From: an uncultured bacterium
GTDB lineage: Bacteria; Oederibacteriota; PGYV01; CAWJRG01
NCBI GenBank assembly: GCA_963845185.1
Contig: CAWJRG010000010.1
Span: 224,001-288,000, forward strand
Direction of reading: 5' to 3'
DNA: 64,000 bases
Position numbers and translations under genes: made by a program. Shown in pieces: positions 40,127 to 49,813 of the stretch. A model generated the notes under the pieces. It ran no database searches. It was not told the origin of the DNA and saw only the letters and a program-made list of their open reading frames with translations. How positions within the stretch are numbered: the first letter of the stretch is position 1; each line of letters starts with the position of its first letter.

Positions 40127-41599
40127 TTATTTCTGATCCTTTATCTTTTTTCTGAGAATCTCGTTTACCATTTGAGGGCTGGCTTTTCCTTTTGATTCTT
40201 TCATCGCCTGGCCCACAAGAAAACCAAGCCCTTTTTCCTTGCCGCCTTTTATTTCCATGGCAATTTGCTGATTCTCGGATATCACCTTGTCAATCAATGC
40301 CTCAATTTCCTTTGTGTTGGTTATCTGCGTAAGCCCTTTATCGCTTACTATTTTTTCAGGGTCATTGCCGTGTTCAAACATCTCGTCAAATACAGTCTTT
40401 GCTATTTTTCCGCTTATGATATTTTTTGTTATCATCTGTATCATTTTGCCCAAGGCCGCGGGCGCTATCTTTGTTGCCGTTATGTTCTTTACGCCCGCAT
40501 TGTTCATGCGGCCTAAAAGCTCTACCATTATCCAGTTGCTTGAGAGCTTGGGTTCATTGCATGCTTTTACCGTATTTTCATAAAAGCCGGCTGTTTCCTG
40601 GTCCTCGGTCAGAACTTCCGCGTCATACTTTGGCAGGCCGTATTCCTTGATAAATCTTTCCATTTTTTGGCCGGGCAATTCGGGTATTTCCTTTTTTATA
40701 CTTTCAATATAAATTTTGTCTGTTTCCATGGGCGGAAGGTCTGGCTCAGGAAAATACCTGTAGTCATGAGATTCTTCCTTACTCCTCATCGAAAATGTTT
40801 TGTCTTTGTTTGCGTCCCACAGCCTTGTTTCCTGCGTTACACGCTCACCCGATTCAAGCATTTTCATCTGGCGTTCCGCCTCAAATTCCAACGCTTTTTG
40901 TGCGTTGTTGAATGAGTTCATGTTTTTAATCTCGACTTTAGCTCCTAGCTTTTCTTCGCCTTTCTTCCTCACCGAAATATTTGCGTCGCAGCGCAGGCTT
41001 CCTTCTTCCATATTGCAGTCTGAAACATCAATATAACGCAGTATTGACTTTACCTGCTTTAAATAAAGGTATGCTTCTTCCGGCGTGCTTAAATCAGGCT
41101 CGCTCACAATCTCAATCAAAGGCACACCTGCCCTATTATAATCCACGAGGCTTTCCTCGGCGTCGCCTATCTGGCCTGTTTTTGTCAGGTGAAGCAGTTT
41201 ACCTGCGTCCTCTTCCATATGAAGCCGTGTTATCCCTATTCTTTTCTTTACGTCTTTATCCGCGATTTCTATAAATCCTTTTATAGCAATGGGCATGTCG
41301 TACTGGGATATCTGGTAGGCTTTGGGAAGGTCCGGGTAATAATAATTTTTCCTGTCAAATTTCGATTTATACGCGATTGTGCAGTTTAAGGCAAGGCCTG
41401 CTTTGATGGCGTGGTGCACTACCTGTTTGTTTATTACAGGCAGACTTCCCGGCAAACCGAGGCATACCGGGCATATGTGCGTGTTGGGTTCGGCTCCGAA
41501 TTCAGTCGGGCACCCGCAGAATATCTTGCTTTTTGTATTAAGCTCGGCATGCACCTCGAGCCCTATAACCACTTCATATTTTTCCTTCAGATTTTCCAT
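40127..41599 (-). CDS. gatB: Asp/Glu-tRNA amidotransferase subunit B
   Basis: VIGLEVH, FDRKNYYYPDLPK, HMEEDAGK, DYRYFPEPDL. Confidence 0.98.
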   Translation of the reverse strand: MENLKEKYEVVIGLEVHAELNTKSKIFCGCPTEFGAEPNTHICPVCLGLPGSLPVINKQVVHHAIKAGLALNCTIAYKSKFDRKNYYYPDLPKAYQISQYDMPIAIKGFIEIADKDVKKRIGITRLHMEEDAGKLLHLTKTGQIGDAEESLVDYNRAGVPLIEIVSEPDLSTPEEAYLYLKQVKSILRYIDVSDCNMEEGSLRCDANISVRKKGEEKLGAKVEIKNMNSFNNAQKALEFEAERQMKMLESGERVTQETRLWDANKDKTFSMRSKEESHDYRYFPEPDLPPMETDKIYIESIKKEIPELPGQKMERFIKEYGLPKYDAEVLTEDQETAGFYENTVKACNEPKLSSNWIMVELLGRMNNAGVKNITATKIAPAALGKMIQMITKNIISGKIAKTVFDEMFEHGNDPEKIVSDKGLTQITNTKEIEALIDKVISENQQIAMEIKGGKEKGLGFLVGQAMKESKGKASPQMVNEILRKKIKDQK

Positions 41600-41619
41600 T
41601 TACTATTTTATGCCTCTTG

Positions 41620-42018
41620 TCATTCTGCCTTATTCTCGCTGCTGCCGGGTTCCTGTTCCTGTGTCTCCTGTTTCGGCTGTTCCTGCGTTTCCTGCTTTGG
41701 CTCTTCCTTGTTTTCCTCGCCTGTTTCCGCTTCCTCTTCTTCTTTTTCCTCTTTCTTGAACTCCGCGGTTTTTTCCTCCCACTCATTTTCCTGCAGGATA
41801 ACAAGCGGCCTATCCGGATACATGGACATATCAAAATTTTCCATAGCAATATCCTGCGATCCGCAAGAAGCGCACTGGACTTCAATATCCACATCCCCGG
41901 AATCTTTCTGGCAGTAACGTGTCAGCACACCTGCGTTAAATTCCCACAGCTCAAGTGGTTTGTAATCAGTAACAACGCTTAAAAAGCCTTTGTCGTTTCC
42001 ACATTTTCTGCAAATCAT
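41620..42018 (-). CDS. Hypothetical Zn-ribbon protein with an acidic tail
   Basis: CRKC...CASC; GGAGGT SD; Glu-rich tail with EPKQETQEQ repeat. Confidence 0.75.
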   Translation of the reverse strand: MICRKCGNDKGFLSVVTDYKPLELWEFNAGVLTRYCQKDSGDVDIEVQCASCGSQDIAMENFDMSMYPDRPLVILQENEWEEKTAEFKKEEKEEEEAETGEENKEEPKQETQEQPKQETQEQEPGSSENKAE

Positions 42019-42029
42019 ATGCTACCTCC

Positions 42030-43490
42030 TTATATATTTGGCCTTTTTTTATGCCAATCAGTGTTTTGCTGGTAGATATTCGCGATGTCGAACATATCCT
42101 GCTCGCAAAAAGGCTTTCCCAGTATCTGCATTCCCACAGGCAAGCCTTTTTTGTCGAAACCGCACGGTATGGACAACCCTGGCAGTCCGGCAAGGTTTGG
42201 CGCTATGGTAAATATGTCGGATAAATACATTGTCATGGGATCCTCTGTCTTTTCTCCGACCTTAAAAGCCGTCGTAGGCGATACCGGAGTTATTATTATG
42301 TCAACTTTTTCAAATGTCTTGTCAAAATCTTTTTTTATCAACGTCCTCACCTTCTGTGCTTTTTTATAATATGCGTCGTAATAACCCGAAGAAAGCACAT
42401 ATGTACCAAGCATTATCCTTCTTTTTGTTTCCTTACCGAATCCTTTTTGCCTACTTTTCTTATACATATCAATCATATTGTCAGTCGTCGTGTCCCTGAG
42501 CCCGTATTGTACGCCGTCGAACCTGGCGAGGTTCGATGAAGCTTCGGCCGGCGCTATAATATAATAAACATCTATAGCGTAATCCGTGTGCGGCAAACTG
42601 ATTTTTTCTGTTTTTGCGCCGAGTTTCTCAAGCACCTTAACCGCGTCAATAATACTTACCTTGACTTCCGGCTGCATTCCCTCGATAAAATATTCTTCCG
42701 GAAGCCCTATAACCTTATTTTTTATGTCACTTTTTAAATTCTTATAATAATCCGCTACCTCAACAGGCGCCGATGTCGAATCACGGTTATCTTTCCCTGC
42801 TATATATTTCAGCAATACGGCGTTATCTCTCGCTGTTTTTGTAATCGGGCCTATCTGGTCAAGCGATGACGCGAACGCTATCAGGCCGTATCTAGATACC
42901 CTTCCGTATGTAGGCTTGAGCCCTGTTATTCCGCAAAGCCCGCTTGGCTGTTTTATCGAGCCCCCGGTATCCGAACCAAGCGCCGCTATGCACATGTCTG
43001 CAGCTACCACAGCTGCGGAACCACCACTTGAACCTCCTGGAACCCTTTCAATGTCCCACGGATTGCGCGTAGTAAAAAAAGCCGAGTTTTCTGTTGAAGA
43101 ACCGAATGCATATTCATCCATGTTTGTTTTTCCTATAAAAACCGCGCCTGCTTCCTGCAGCTTTTCAAGTACAGTAGCAGTATAAGGTGGCCTGTATCCC
43201 TCGAGCATTTTTGCCGAACAAGTGGTTGGATAGCCGTCAAGCACCATATTATCCTTTATTGCTATTGGTATGCCTGTAAGTTCCGTGACGTTTTGATTTT
43301 TTGATAATCTAGCCTCGGCAGCCTCAGCCGACTTATACGCAAGGTCTTCTGTCAAAGACACAAAGCCTTTTACCTTTGGATCAACCTGCTTTATCCTTTT
43401 ATAAACGCTGTCAAGGATATCTTTTGGCTTTATTTTCTTTTCTTTCAACTGCGTGCTCAGTTCCTCTATTGTCTGCTGGTACAGTTCCAT
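42030..43490 (-). CDS. gatA: Asp/Glu-tRNA amidotransferase subunit A
   Basis: GKTNMDE, PGGSSGGS, GSDTGGS, SSNLARFDG. Confidence 0.98.
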   Translation of the reverse strand: MELYQQTIEELSTQLKEKKIKPKDILDSVYKRIKQVDPKVKGFVSLTEDLAYKSAEAAEARLSKNQNVTELTGIPIAIKDNMVLDGYPTTCSAKMLEGYRPPYTATVLEKLQEAGAVFIGKTNMDEYAFGSSTENSAFFTTRNPWDIERVPGGSSGGSAAVVAADMCIAALGSDTGGSIKQPSGLCGITGLKPTYGRVSRYGLIAFASSLDQIGPITKTARDNAVLLKYIAGKDNRDSTSAPVEVADYYKNLKSDIKNKVIGLPEEYFIEGMQPEVKVSIIDAVKVLEKLGAKTEKISLPHTDYAIDVYYIIAPAEASSNLARFDGVQYGLRDTTTDNMIDMYKKSRQKGFGKETKRRIMLGTYVLSSGYYDAYYKKAQKVRTLIKKDFDKTFEKVDIIITPVSPTTAFKVGEKTEDPMTMYLSDIFTIAPNLAGLPGLSIPCGFDKKGLPVGMQILGKPFCEQDMFDIANIYQQNTDWHKKRPNI

Positions 43491-43544
43491 ACCCTTCCTC
43501 TTTTTTTTAACATTAAACTTTTAACTTTAAACATTAAACTGTTT

Positions 43545-43829
43545 TTAAATAATTTTCGGTACCTTAAACCCATTATTTTCTATCGAAGGCGCCGCGTCAA
43601 AAACTTTCTTTCTGTCAACTGTTTGCTTTATTTCATCTTCCCTATAAACATTTTTCATATCAATAGTGTAAAAAGTCGGCTCAATATTGTCCGTATCAAG
43701 CTTTTGAAGTTTATTAATATGTTCAAGAATATTCGAAAGCTGCTGCGCATATTTATCTTTTTCTTCCTCTGCTATCTCCAGCCGTGATAAATGCGCAATA
43801 TACTCAACGTCTTTCTTTGTTATTGCCAT
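43545..43829 (-). CDS. gatC: Asp/Glu-tRNA amidotransferase subunit C
   Basis: VEYIAHLSRL, RED, FKVPKII. Confidence 0.95.
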   Translation of the reverse strand: MAITKKDVEYIAHLSRLEIAEEEKDKYAQQLSNILEHINKLQKLDTDNIEPTFYTIDMKNVYREDEIKQTVDRKKVFDAAPSIENNGFKVPKII

Positions 43830-43840
43830 GTTTCACTCCT

Positions 43841-43939
43841 AAATATCGTTTGTTTTGTCAAGCTTCCAGCGCAGACAAAACATTACGAGATTTTGTACCC
43901 GCTCAAGTCCGAGGCCACTGGGCCGAGGACAAGTGGTGC
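43841..43939 (-). repeat. Double-hairpin leader element, copy C (upstream of gatC)
   Basis: GCACC-ACTT-GTCC..GGAC-TTGAGCGGGTAC, then AAATCTCGT-AA-TGTTTTGTC..GACAAAACA-A-ACGATATTT, then AGGAG. Confidence 0.85.
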
Positions 43940-44101
43940 TTTAAAAATGCAAATAAATAACTTACGCCCGTTTTTGCGGGGTACTTTTAAACTTATCTTT
44001 TTTACCTGTACAAAAGAATTTATCATAAAAAAATAAAGTATTCAAGGTCTATCTGGAGATTGGAGGTTGATTGTATCCCCAAAAAACCGAATTTTACTGA
44101 T

Positions 44102-45919
44102 TTATTCAGGCTTACTATTATTTTTTGCAGCATTTAAAAGCGTTTTTATTTCTGCGGTCTTTTTCTCGGATCTGGTCCATATATCCACTGCTTTTTTATA
44201 TTCCCCCATGTCATAATATATGTTGCCCAACAGATTGTAAAGCGCGCTGTAATTACCGTGCGCAGTTATAATTCTATTTAAGTATTCTATCGCTTGTTCC
44301 CTATTTTTATCCAAATACATTATCGCAAGCATCAAGCAGGCTTTTTCTGACGGATAATCTGTTGTAAAGTCCTTAAGCTCGCTGAAAGCCTTTTTAAAAT
44401 TAGCTTTGGTATAAAATTCAGAGTCATCTGCAGGTGTTAAATACTTAAAATATTTATCGATTTTTTGGGGGTTTACAAAAATAATAGCTTCATCGTCAAA
44501 ATATACAGCTTTATAATTAAGTCCGGATAACTTATCAATAACTGGTGCCCCATAGGAAAGTAAAAAACTGTTTATGTTGTTTTTTGCAATGAAATCCTTA
44601 TAATTCCCTTGCGTGTAATATATATTAGAATATTCCTGAATTACTGTAAACAGCGCGTTAAGCCTGCCGTTTACCATTATTTTATATTCCGGGAAAAGCA
44701 TATACTCAAAATATCCGCCCCATTCGTAATTTGAAAACAAATTTGGCGGTACTTTTGATTTCGTAATATATTTAAGCGCCTGCTCAGGATAAATACTTTT
44801 TGGAACTGCTGCTATTTTGAATGCCCCAAAAGCAAGCAGTAGCAAAGTCACGGCAATATAAATTTTATTGTTGAATGTAACAAGGTCTTTGTTTTCAGTC
44901 AACAAAACATCCTTCTTAATAGCCAAAAAGATATAATAGGATAAAATTGGCAAGGATGTTATTATAAACAAGGGTATGTTTTTCCTGACTGCTAGACCGG
45001 CTGTCAGGAATAAAAGGATTATAACGCCGTCCTTTAGAAATACCGCGTTTCTCCTTATATCTGAGTCTTTCAAGTTGCGAAAAAATACCAGTATAACCGT
45101 TGCCGAATAAATAAAAAAAACTGAAAAATATGCTGCGTTATCAATATTCGAAAAATCAAATCCAGTCTGCCATTCTTTTATATATTGTTTGATTCCGAAA
45201 TCCTGCATGAAAAAAATTAAACTTTTCGGGCCCTCGGGGCTTATAAACGATGCGAGTATTACGCCGGCAAGTGAAATCAGTAATATTCTAAAATCGTAGG
45301 ATTGTCTCTTTTCCTTTAACTTATATAAATTAACGCTGTAAAAAACACAATATATAAACATAACAATCGCGCCGATTATTTCTGTCGCGTGTATGTTCAC
45401 CCATAAAACAGCTGCAACAGGAAGCGAATAGTATAATATTTTATGGCTTTTTACCGGCTCATGCTCAAGTACATATATGAAATACAGAATGAATAAAAAA
45501 GTGAAAAACTGGGGCCTTAAAACCAGGAAAGGCGACAGCAAATATACGGCAAGAAGCCAAAAAGGCAGTACCGGCTCAAGGTATTTGGCCTGCTGCCTCA
45601 CTCGTATAACAAGAAAAAGCAGGCCAAAAAGTCCTGCTGCCATGAGTATTTTGAAATATAAAAGGTTGTTTATTCCAATAAAAATCGACAACAAATAAAT
45701 AATAACGTCAAAAAGCCATTCATGCGAATACCATTTTTGATTCGCAGCATAGGAAAAAGTATCATATTTCGGCAGGCCGTGAGCTTTTATTATTTCCCTG
45801 CCCGATGACATATGCCACCATGTGTCGCTGTCGAGAAAGTTGTTGTAAGAAATGGAAAAAAGGACAAATAAGGCGGCCAAAAGGAAAAAACCTTTTATTA
45901 GAGTGCTTTTTACGGCCAT
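44102..45919 (-). CDS. Polytopic membrane protein (GT-C-like) with C-terminal TPR
   Basis: DTWWHMSSGREI, SHEWL, LRPQ, LWVNIH, YEWGGY; many TM segments. Confidence 0.75.
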   Translation of the reverse strand: MAVKSTLIKGFFLLAALFVLFSISYNNFLDSDTWWHMSSGREIIKAHGLPKYDTFSYAANQKWYSHEWLFDVIIYLLSIFIGINNLLYFKILMAAGLFGLLFLVIRVRQQAKYLEPVLPFWLLAVYLLSPFLVLRPQFFTFLFILYFIYVLEHEPVKSHKILYYSLPVAAVLWVNIHATEIIGAIVMFIYCVFYSVNLYKLKEKRQSYDFRILLISLAGVILASFISPEGPKSLIFFMQDFGIKQYIKEWQTGFDFSNIDNAAYFSVFFIYSATVILVFFRNLKDSDIRRNAVFLKDGVIILLFLTAGLAVRKNIPLFIITSLPILSYYIFLAIKKDVLLTENKDLVTFNNKIYIAVTLLLLAFGAFKIAAVPKSIYPEQALKYITKSKVPPNLFSNYEWGGYFEYMLFPEYKIMVNGRLNALFTVIQEYSNIYYTQGNYKDFIAKNNINSFLLSYGAPVIDKLSGLNYKAVYFDDEAIIFVNPQKIDKYFKYLTPADDSEFYTKANFKKAFSELKDFTTDYPSEKACLMLAIMYLDKNREQAIEYLNRIITAHGNYSALYNLLGNIYYDMGEYKKAVDIWTRSEKKTAEIKTLLNAAKNNSKPE

Positions 45920-45920
45920 A

Positions 45921-46238
45921 TTAATCTTTTATTTTGATAAAAACCATTTTTACCGTGTCTTTTGTGTCGTTTGTTATACTGTGGTTTTCTTTTTTCTCCG
46001 CGGTGAACGCGTCGCCTGCTTTTACCCTGAATTCTTTCCCGCCTGCCATAAACTTAGGTGCCCCGGACACAAAATAAAAAAGCTCAATCTCGTCTTCATG
46101 CGAGTGCTCGTTTATGGCATCTCCGGGCTTTATATAAGCCACGCCAAGTGCATATTTTTCCGCGGTAAAAAGGTACTTCGAGCCAGACTGTTTTTCCTTA
46201 TTTTTAAACTCCACCTCATTGTCGTTTACATGTTTCAT
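45921..46238 (-). CDS. Cupin-domain protein
   Basis: EHSHEDEIELFYFVSG...GD...ENHSITN. Confidence 0.9.
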   Translation of the reverse strand: MKHVNDNEVEFKNKEKQSGSKYLFTAEKYALGVAYIKPGDAINEHSHEDEIELFYFVSGAPKFMAGGKEFRVKAGDAFTAEKKENHSITNDTKDTVKMVFIKIKD

Positions 46239-46248
46239 TTTTCCTCCT

Positions 46249-46344
46249 AAGTAAGAGTTTATTTTGTAAACCCGCAGAGTGAAGCAAAATATTACTCTTG
46301 CTTACACCCGCTCAAGTCCCGATTTTACGAGGGACAAGAGGTGT
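46249..46344 (-). repeat. Double-hairpin leader element, copy D (upstream of the cupin gene)
   Basis: ACACC-TCTT-GTCCC..GGGAC-TTGAGCGGGTGT, then AAGCAAGAGT-AA-TATTTTG..CAAAATA-A-ACTCTTACTT, then AGGAGG. Confidence 0.85.
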
Positions 46345-46345
46345 T

Positions 46346-46436
46346 AAAGTCCGTCGATTTTGCCGGGTGTAAAAACCAAAGCCAAAATCTTACGGAATCT
46401 TGCACCCGTTCTTGTCTCCATAAGGAGTAAGTGGTT
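46346..46436 (-). repeat. Diverged double-hairpin element, copy E, in tandem with copy D
   Basis: ACC-ACTT-ACTCC..GGAG..CGGGTGC, then TCCGT-AA-GATTTTG..CAAAATC-G-ACGGA. Confidence 0.6.
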
Positions 46437-46443
46437 TCTTTTA

Positions 46444-47892
46444 TCATTTTTTTTTCTTATATAAAATAATATCCTTTGTTTCGATTTGTTTGTCGTAAAA
46501 AGATCTGAACAATTGCGAAAATGCTTCTTCTTTTTCCTGCCGCGTAAGGACAAAAAAATCAGGCGGGTTATCCGCCATTTTCGCCCCAAACGTTTCCATG
46601 TCGTGCTGATAATACCCGAAAGCGTAAGCGTATACAAACCTGGAAGGCGCTTTAATGCCTGTCAGGAAATATATTTCAGGCTCGTTTGGCCATACAAACA
46701 AAGTGGTTTTGTCTGTTTTTCCCCTGTTTATTATTTCTGCCACGGCGCTGCTCTCATAAAACATTTCCTTGGTATATACACCGCTTTTATAAAATTCTAT
46801 CAATTTTAAATAATTGATGAAAAAAAATATATTAGCGATGAAAAAAACTGCTAATACCGTTAAAGCCGCCTTGTAATTAGTTTTTTTTGTAATCATTGTA
46901 TAAAAATCCCTGAACATTATTGCCGCAAGGATAGCAAGTGCAGGAATAAAAACCATGTAATAATGTGCGTATGTATCCTTAAGTATTCTTATTCCTATAT
47001 ACATTGTTATTACAGAGAAACAAATTAAAAAATTGACCCTGTCTTTTGGAGCTTTGAAAAGCTTGTATGCCGACCATAAAAAGGCCATAAGAAGCAACGC
47101 ATTCGAGTTTATTATTAACCTTAAAACCGCAAAAAGTTCGTCGTTGTTAGTTCCGGTTGCTTTTGCGCCTATATAAAAAAGGTTGTACATGATGTTACAG
47201 TCAATAAAATAATTCAATATACCGTTTTTTACGCACCATATTAATACCAGCAGGGTTATTGTCAGGAACCCAGCTGTGTACCATGCTGCGTAACTGATTA
47301 GGTCTTTTTTATTTTTATAGTAAAAAATAAGGTAAATAACCGGCGCCACAAACACGAATAAAACCATGGTTTTTATGTACACGGCTATGCCTATGAAAAT
47401 GCCTGAAATAAAAAAGTTGACATGCGCATATTTTTTTTCAATATCCGTTAAAAACAGCAATGATAAAATCAGGGGTATCTGCAGAAAAACCTCGGTATTG
47501 GCTGTTTCGCCCCCCATCATATAATTATTCTGGTATACCATGTATATAAGCGCTGCGAGCAGAGATAACCACCTACCGCTTATATGCCGCATAAAAATAA
47601 AAACAAGTATCATGGTTACAATGACGCATAAAGTTGTAAATGTCCTTATGGCATATACGGAAATCCCAAAAAAATCAAAAGCGGTTTTGTAAATATAATA
47701 AATAAAGGGCGGTTTCTGGTCAAAAGTGTCCTTATAGGGCAGTTCGTTATGGTATATGTGCTGCGCCATGTAGGCGTATGTGCCCTCATCCCTGTCAAGC
47801 GGCATGCCGGTAAACGGCACTCTTATGGCAGCCATAATTATTATTAACAGCAGCAGCATGCAGATTTCCAGTATGGTTATTTTCTTTTCCAT
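46444..47892 (-). CDS. GT39/ArnT-like (PMT_2) membrane glycosyltransferase
   Basis: RDEGTYAYMA, LPYKDTFDQKPP, ANTE; multiple TM segments. Confidence 0.85.
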   Translation of the reverse strand: MEKKITILEICMLLLLIIIMAAIRVPFTGMPLDRDEGTYAYMAQHIYHNELPYKDTFDQKPPFIYYIYKTAFDFFGISVYAIRTFTTLCVIVTMILVFIFMRHISGRWLSLLAALIYMVYQNNYMMGGETANTEVFLQIPLILSLLFLTDIEKKYAHVNFFISGIFIGIAVYIKTMVLFVFVAPVIYLIFYYKNKKDLISYAAWYTAGFLTITLLVLIWCVKNGILNYFIDCNIMYNLFYIGAKATGTNNDELFAVLRLIINSNALLLMAFLWSAYKLFKAPKDRVNFLICFSVITMYIGIRILKDTYAHYYMVFIPALAILAAIMFRDFYTMITKKTNYKAALTVLAVFFIANIFFFINYLKLIEFYKSGVYTKEMFYESSAVAEIINRGKTDKTTLFVWPNEPEIYFLTGIKAPSRFVYAYAFGYYQHDMETFGAKMADNPPDFFVLTRQEKEEAFSQLFRSFYDKQIETKDIILYKKKK

Positions 47893-49007
47893 CAGACTGC
47901 CGCTTTAATTATTTTCATTACTTTTTCTTTGTCCATTTCCACCGGGTTATAAGCCATTGAGCCTGTGTAAATTGTCTTTTCCATAATCTCCTGAATCTTT
48001 TCTTTGATATTTTTGTCTATGCCCGTTAATTTCAGCGGGATTCCCATTTTCCTGTTCAGGCTTCTTACACCTTTGATAATGTTAAACTCGAGTATCTTAT
48101 TCAATTTATTGAATTCTTTTCTGCGCTGCCTTGAGTTGAATTCAAGTACATGAGGCATAAGCACAGCGTTTACAAGGCCGTGCGGTACTTTAAGTACTGC
48201 TCCGATCGGGTGCCCAATACCATGTATCGCGCCCAATCCTGCGTTTGCGAAAGCCATGCCTGCTGTAAGGCTTGCCAAAAGCATATCATAGCGTGCTTTC
48301 CTGTTATTGCCGCTTTTATATGCTTTATAAATGCTCAGGAATACAGTCTCGATTGCCTTTACGGACAAGGCCCTTGTGCATTCGTTAGCCGATTTGGAAA
48401 AATACGACTCGGCTGCGTGGCTTAAGGCATCCATGCCGCTGTATGCTGTTATTTTTGGCGGCATTGTGAGGGTCAATTCGGGGTCAGCTATAACAGCGTC
48501 TGATATCAGCGAATCTCCCCTTAAGCTTATTTTAATGCCTTTTAATGTATAAGTCAAAACCGCATTTTTGGTTGTTTCTGAACCCGAGCCCGCGGTTGTT
48601 GGTATGGCTATAAAATAGGCGCCTTTCTGAATTACCTTTGCCTTCTCGTCAAGAAAATCCTTTACGCTTAAATTGTGCCTGAATATGCCTGCCGCGGCTT
48701 TTGCGCAGTCAAGCGCGCTGCCGCCGCCCATGCCTATTATGCAGTCTATATTGTTTTGCCTGGCATAAGAAGCGCAGTAATCAACCGTTTCCACTGAAAC
48801 TTCAGGCTCAACCCTGTCAAATATAAATATTTTTTTTTGCAGGCCGTTTAATATATTTAAGACGCTGTTTAAAACCCCTGATTTTTTTGCTGAATTTTTG
48901 CCTGTAACGACAAGGATATTCTCCCCTTTTACCAGCCCGCCCAGTTTTCCCATGCTGCCGTACCCAAAAAATATCTTCGGAGGGAAAACCATGCTGAATT
49001 CCTTCAT
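47892..49007 (-). CDS. Iron-containing alcohol dehydrogenase
   Basis: GGGSALD, IPTTAGSGSE, DALSH, HGIGH, PHG; start at MKEFS overlaps the upstream stop (ATGA). Confidence 0.93.
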   Translation of the reverse strand: MKEFSMVFPPKIFFGYGSMGKLGGLVKGENILVVTGKNSAKKSGVLNSVLNILNGLQKKIFIFDRVEPEVSVETVDYCASYARQNNIDCIIGMGGGSALDCAKAAAGIFRHNLSVKDFLDEKAKVIQKGAYFIAIPTTAGSGSETTKNAVLTYTLKGIKISLRGDSLISDAVIADPELTLTMPPKITAYSGMDALSHAAESYFSKSANECTRALSVKAIETVFLSIYKAYKSGNNRKARYDMLLASLTAGMAFANAGLGAIHGIGHPIGAVLKVPHGLVNAVLMPHVLEFNSRQRRKEFNKLNKILEFNIIKGVRSLNRKMGIPLKLTGIDKNIKEKIQEIMEKTIYTGSMAYNPVEMDKEKVMKIIKAAV

Positions 49008-49801
49008 ATAATAACTGCCCCGCCGTAACCAACAACCTGGCTGTAATCCCCGCTCGCATCCCCGGAATTCATATATCTGATTATCCTTCCTTCTTTTGCT
49101 CCAAGGAGTTTGCACGCATGCAGAAGTACAAAAGTAGGCATCCATCCGCACATTGATATGTCATGTTCCTGAACAGCCTCGACCAGGGCGTTTTCGTCCA
49201 TTTTCTCTATGGCAGAAAGTACAAAAGAATCTTTTGTATGCGCTGTTTTTGAATCCTCATAATGGGTCAGGTCGGTTGACGAAATAAGCAGCACATCCCT
49301 GTCTTTAATGCTTTCGCTTATCGCCCTTGCTGTTTCTTTCAGGTGCTCTATATTGTAATCCCTGAATATGATTGGAACAAAGGTAAAATTTTTCTTGATT
49401 TCCTGCAAAAAGGGCAGCTGCACTTCAATTGAATGCTCCCTTATATGCGCCGAAGTGTCCTTTAGCGCGTTATCTGAATTTTTTAATATGTCGTTTGCCA
49501 GCGGCTGGTTTATTTTGACATCGCCGAGCGGCGTCCTCCATACTCCTTCGTTCATGATTGAAATCGCCGGCCCCATGCCCGTATGGTTCGGCCCCATTAT
49601 TATTGCTATGTCCGGTATGTTTATTGACGAATACACTTCGCCCGCCACTTTCCCGGAATAAATATATCCTGCGTGTGGCACGACAATACCTTTAACGTCG
49701 AGCTTTTTTTCTTTTTCTACGATGTATTTATTGACATGCTTTTTCAGGGCATAAGCATCTGCCTCGTAAAACATTCCTGCGACAGCAGGGTCCCTTAGCA
49801 T
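49004..49801 (-). CDS. amrB: AmmeMemoRadiSam system protein B (MEMO1 family)
   Basis: RDPAVAGMFY, PHAGYIYSG, GPNHTG, EHSIEVQLPFLQ, STDLTHY, SMCG, VVGY. Confidence 0.93.
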   Translation of the reverse strand: MLRDPAVAGMFYEADAYALKKHVNKYIVEKEKKLDVKGIVVPHAGYIYSGKVAGEVYSSINIPDIAIIMGPNHTGMGPAISIMNEGVWRTPLGDVKINQPLANDILKNSDNALKDTSAHIREHSIEVQLPFLQEIKKNFTFVPIIFRDYNIEHLKETARAISESIKDRDVLLISSTDLTHYEDSKTAHTKDSFVLSAIEKMDENALVEAVQEHDISMCGWMPTFVLLHACKLLGAKEGRIIRYMNSGDASGDYSQVVGYGGAVII

Positions 49802-49813
49802 TTTAAACTCCTT

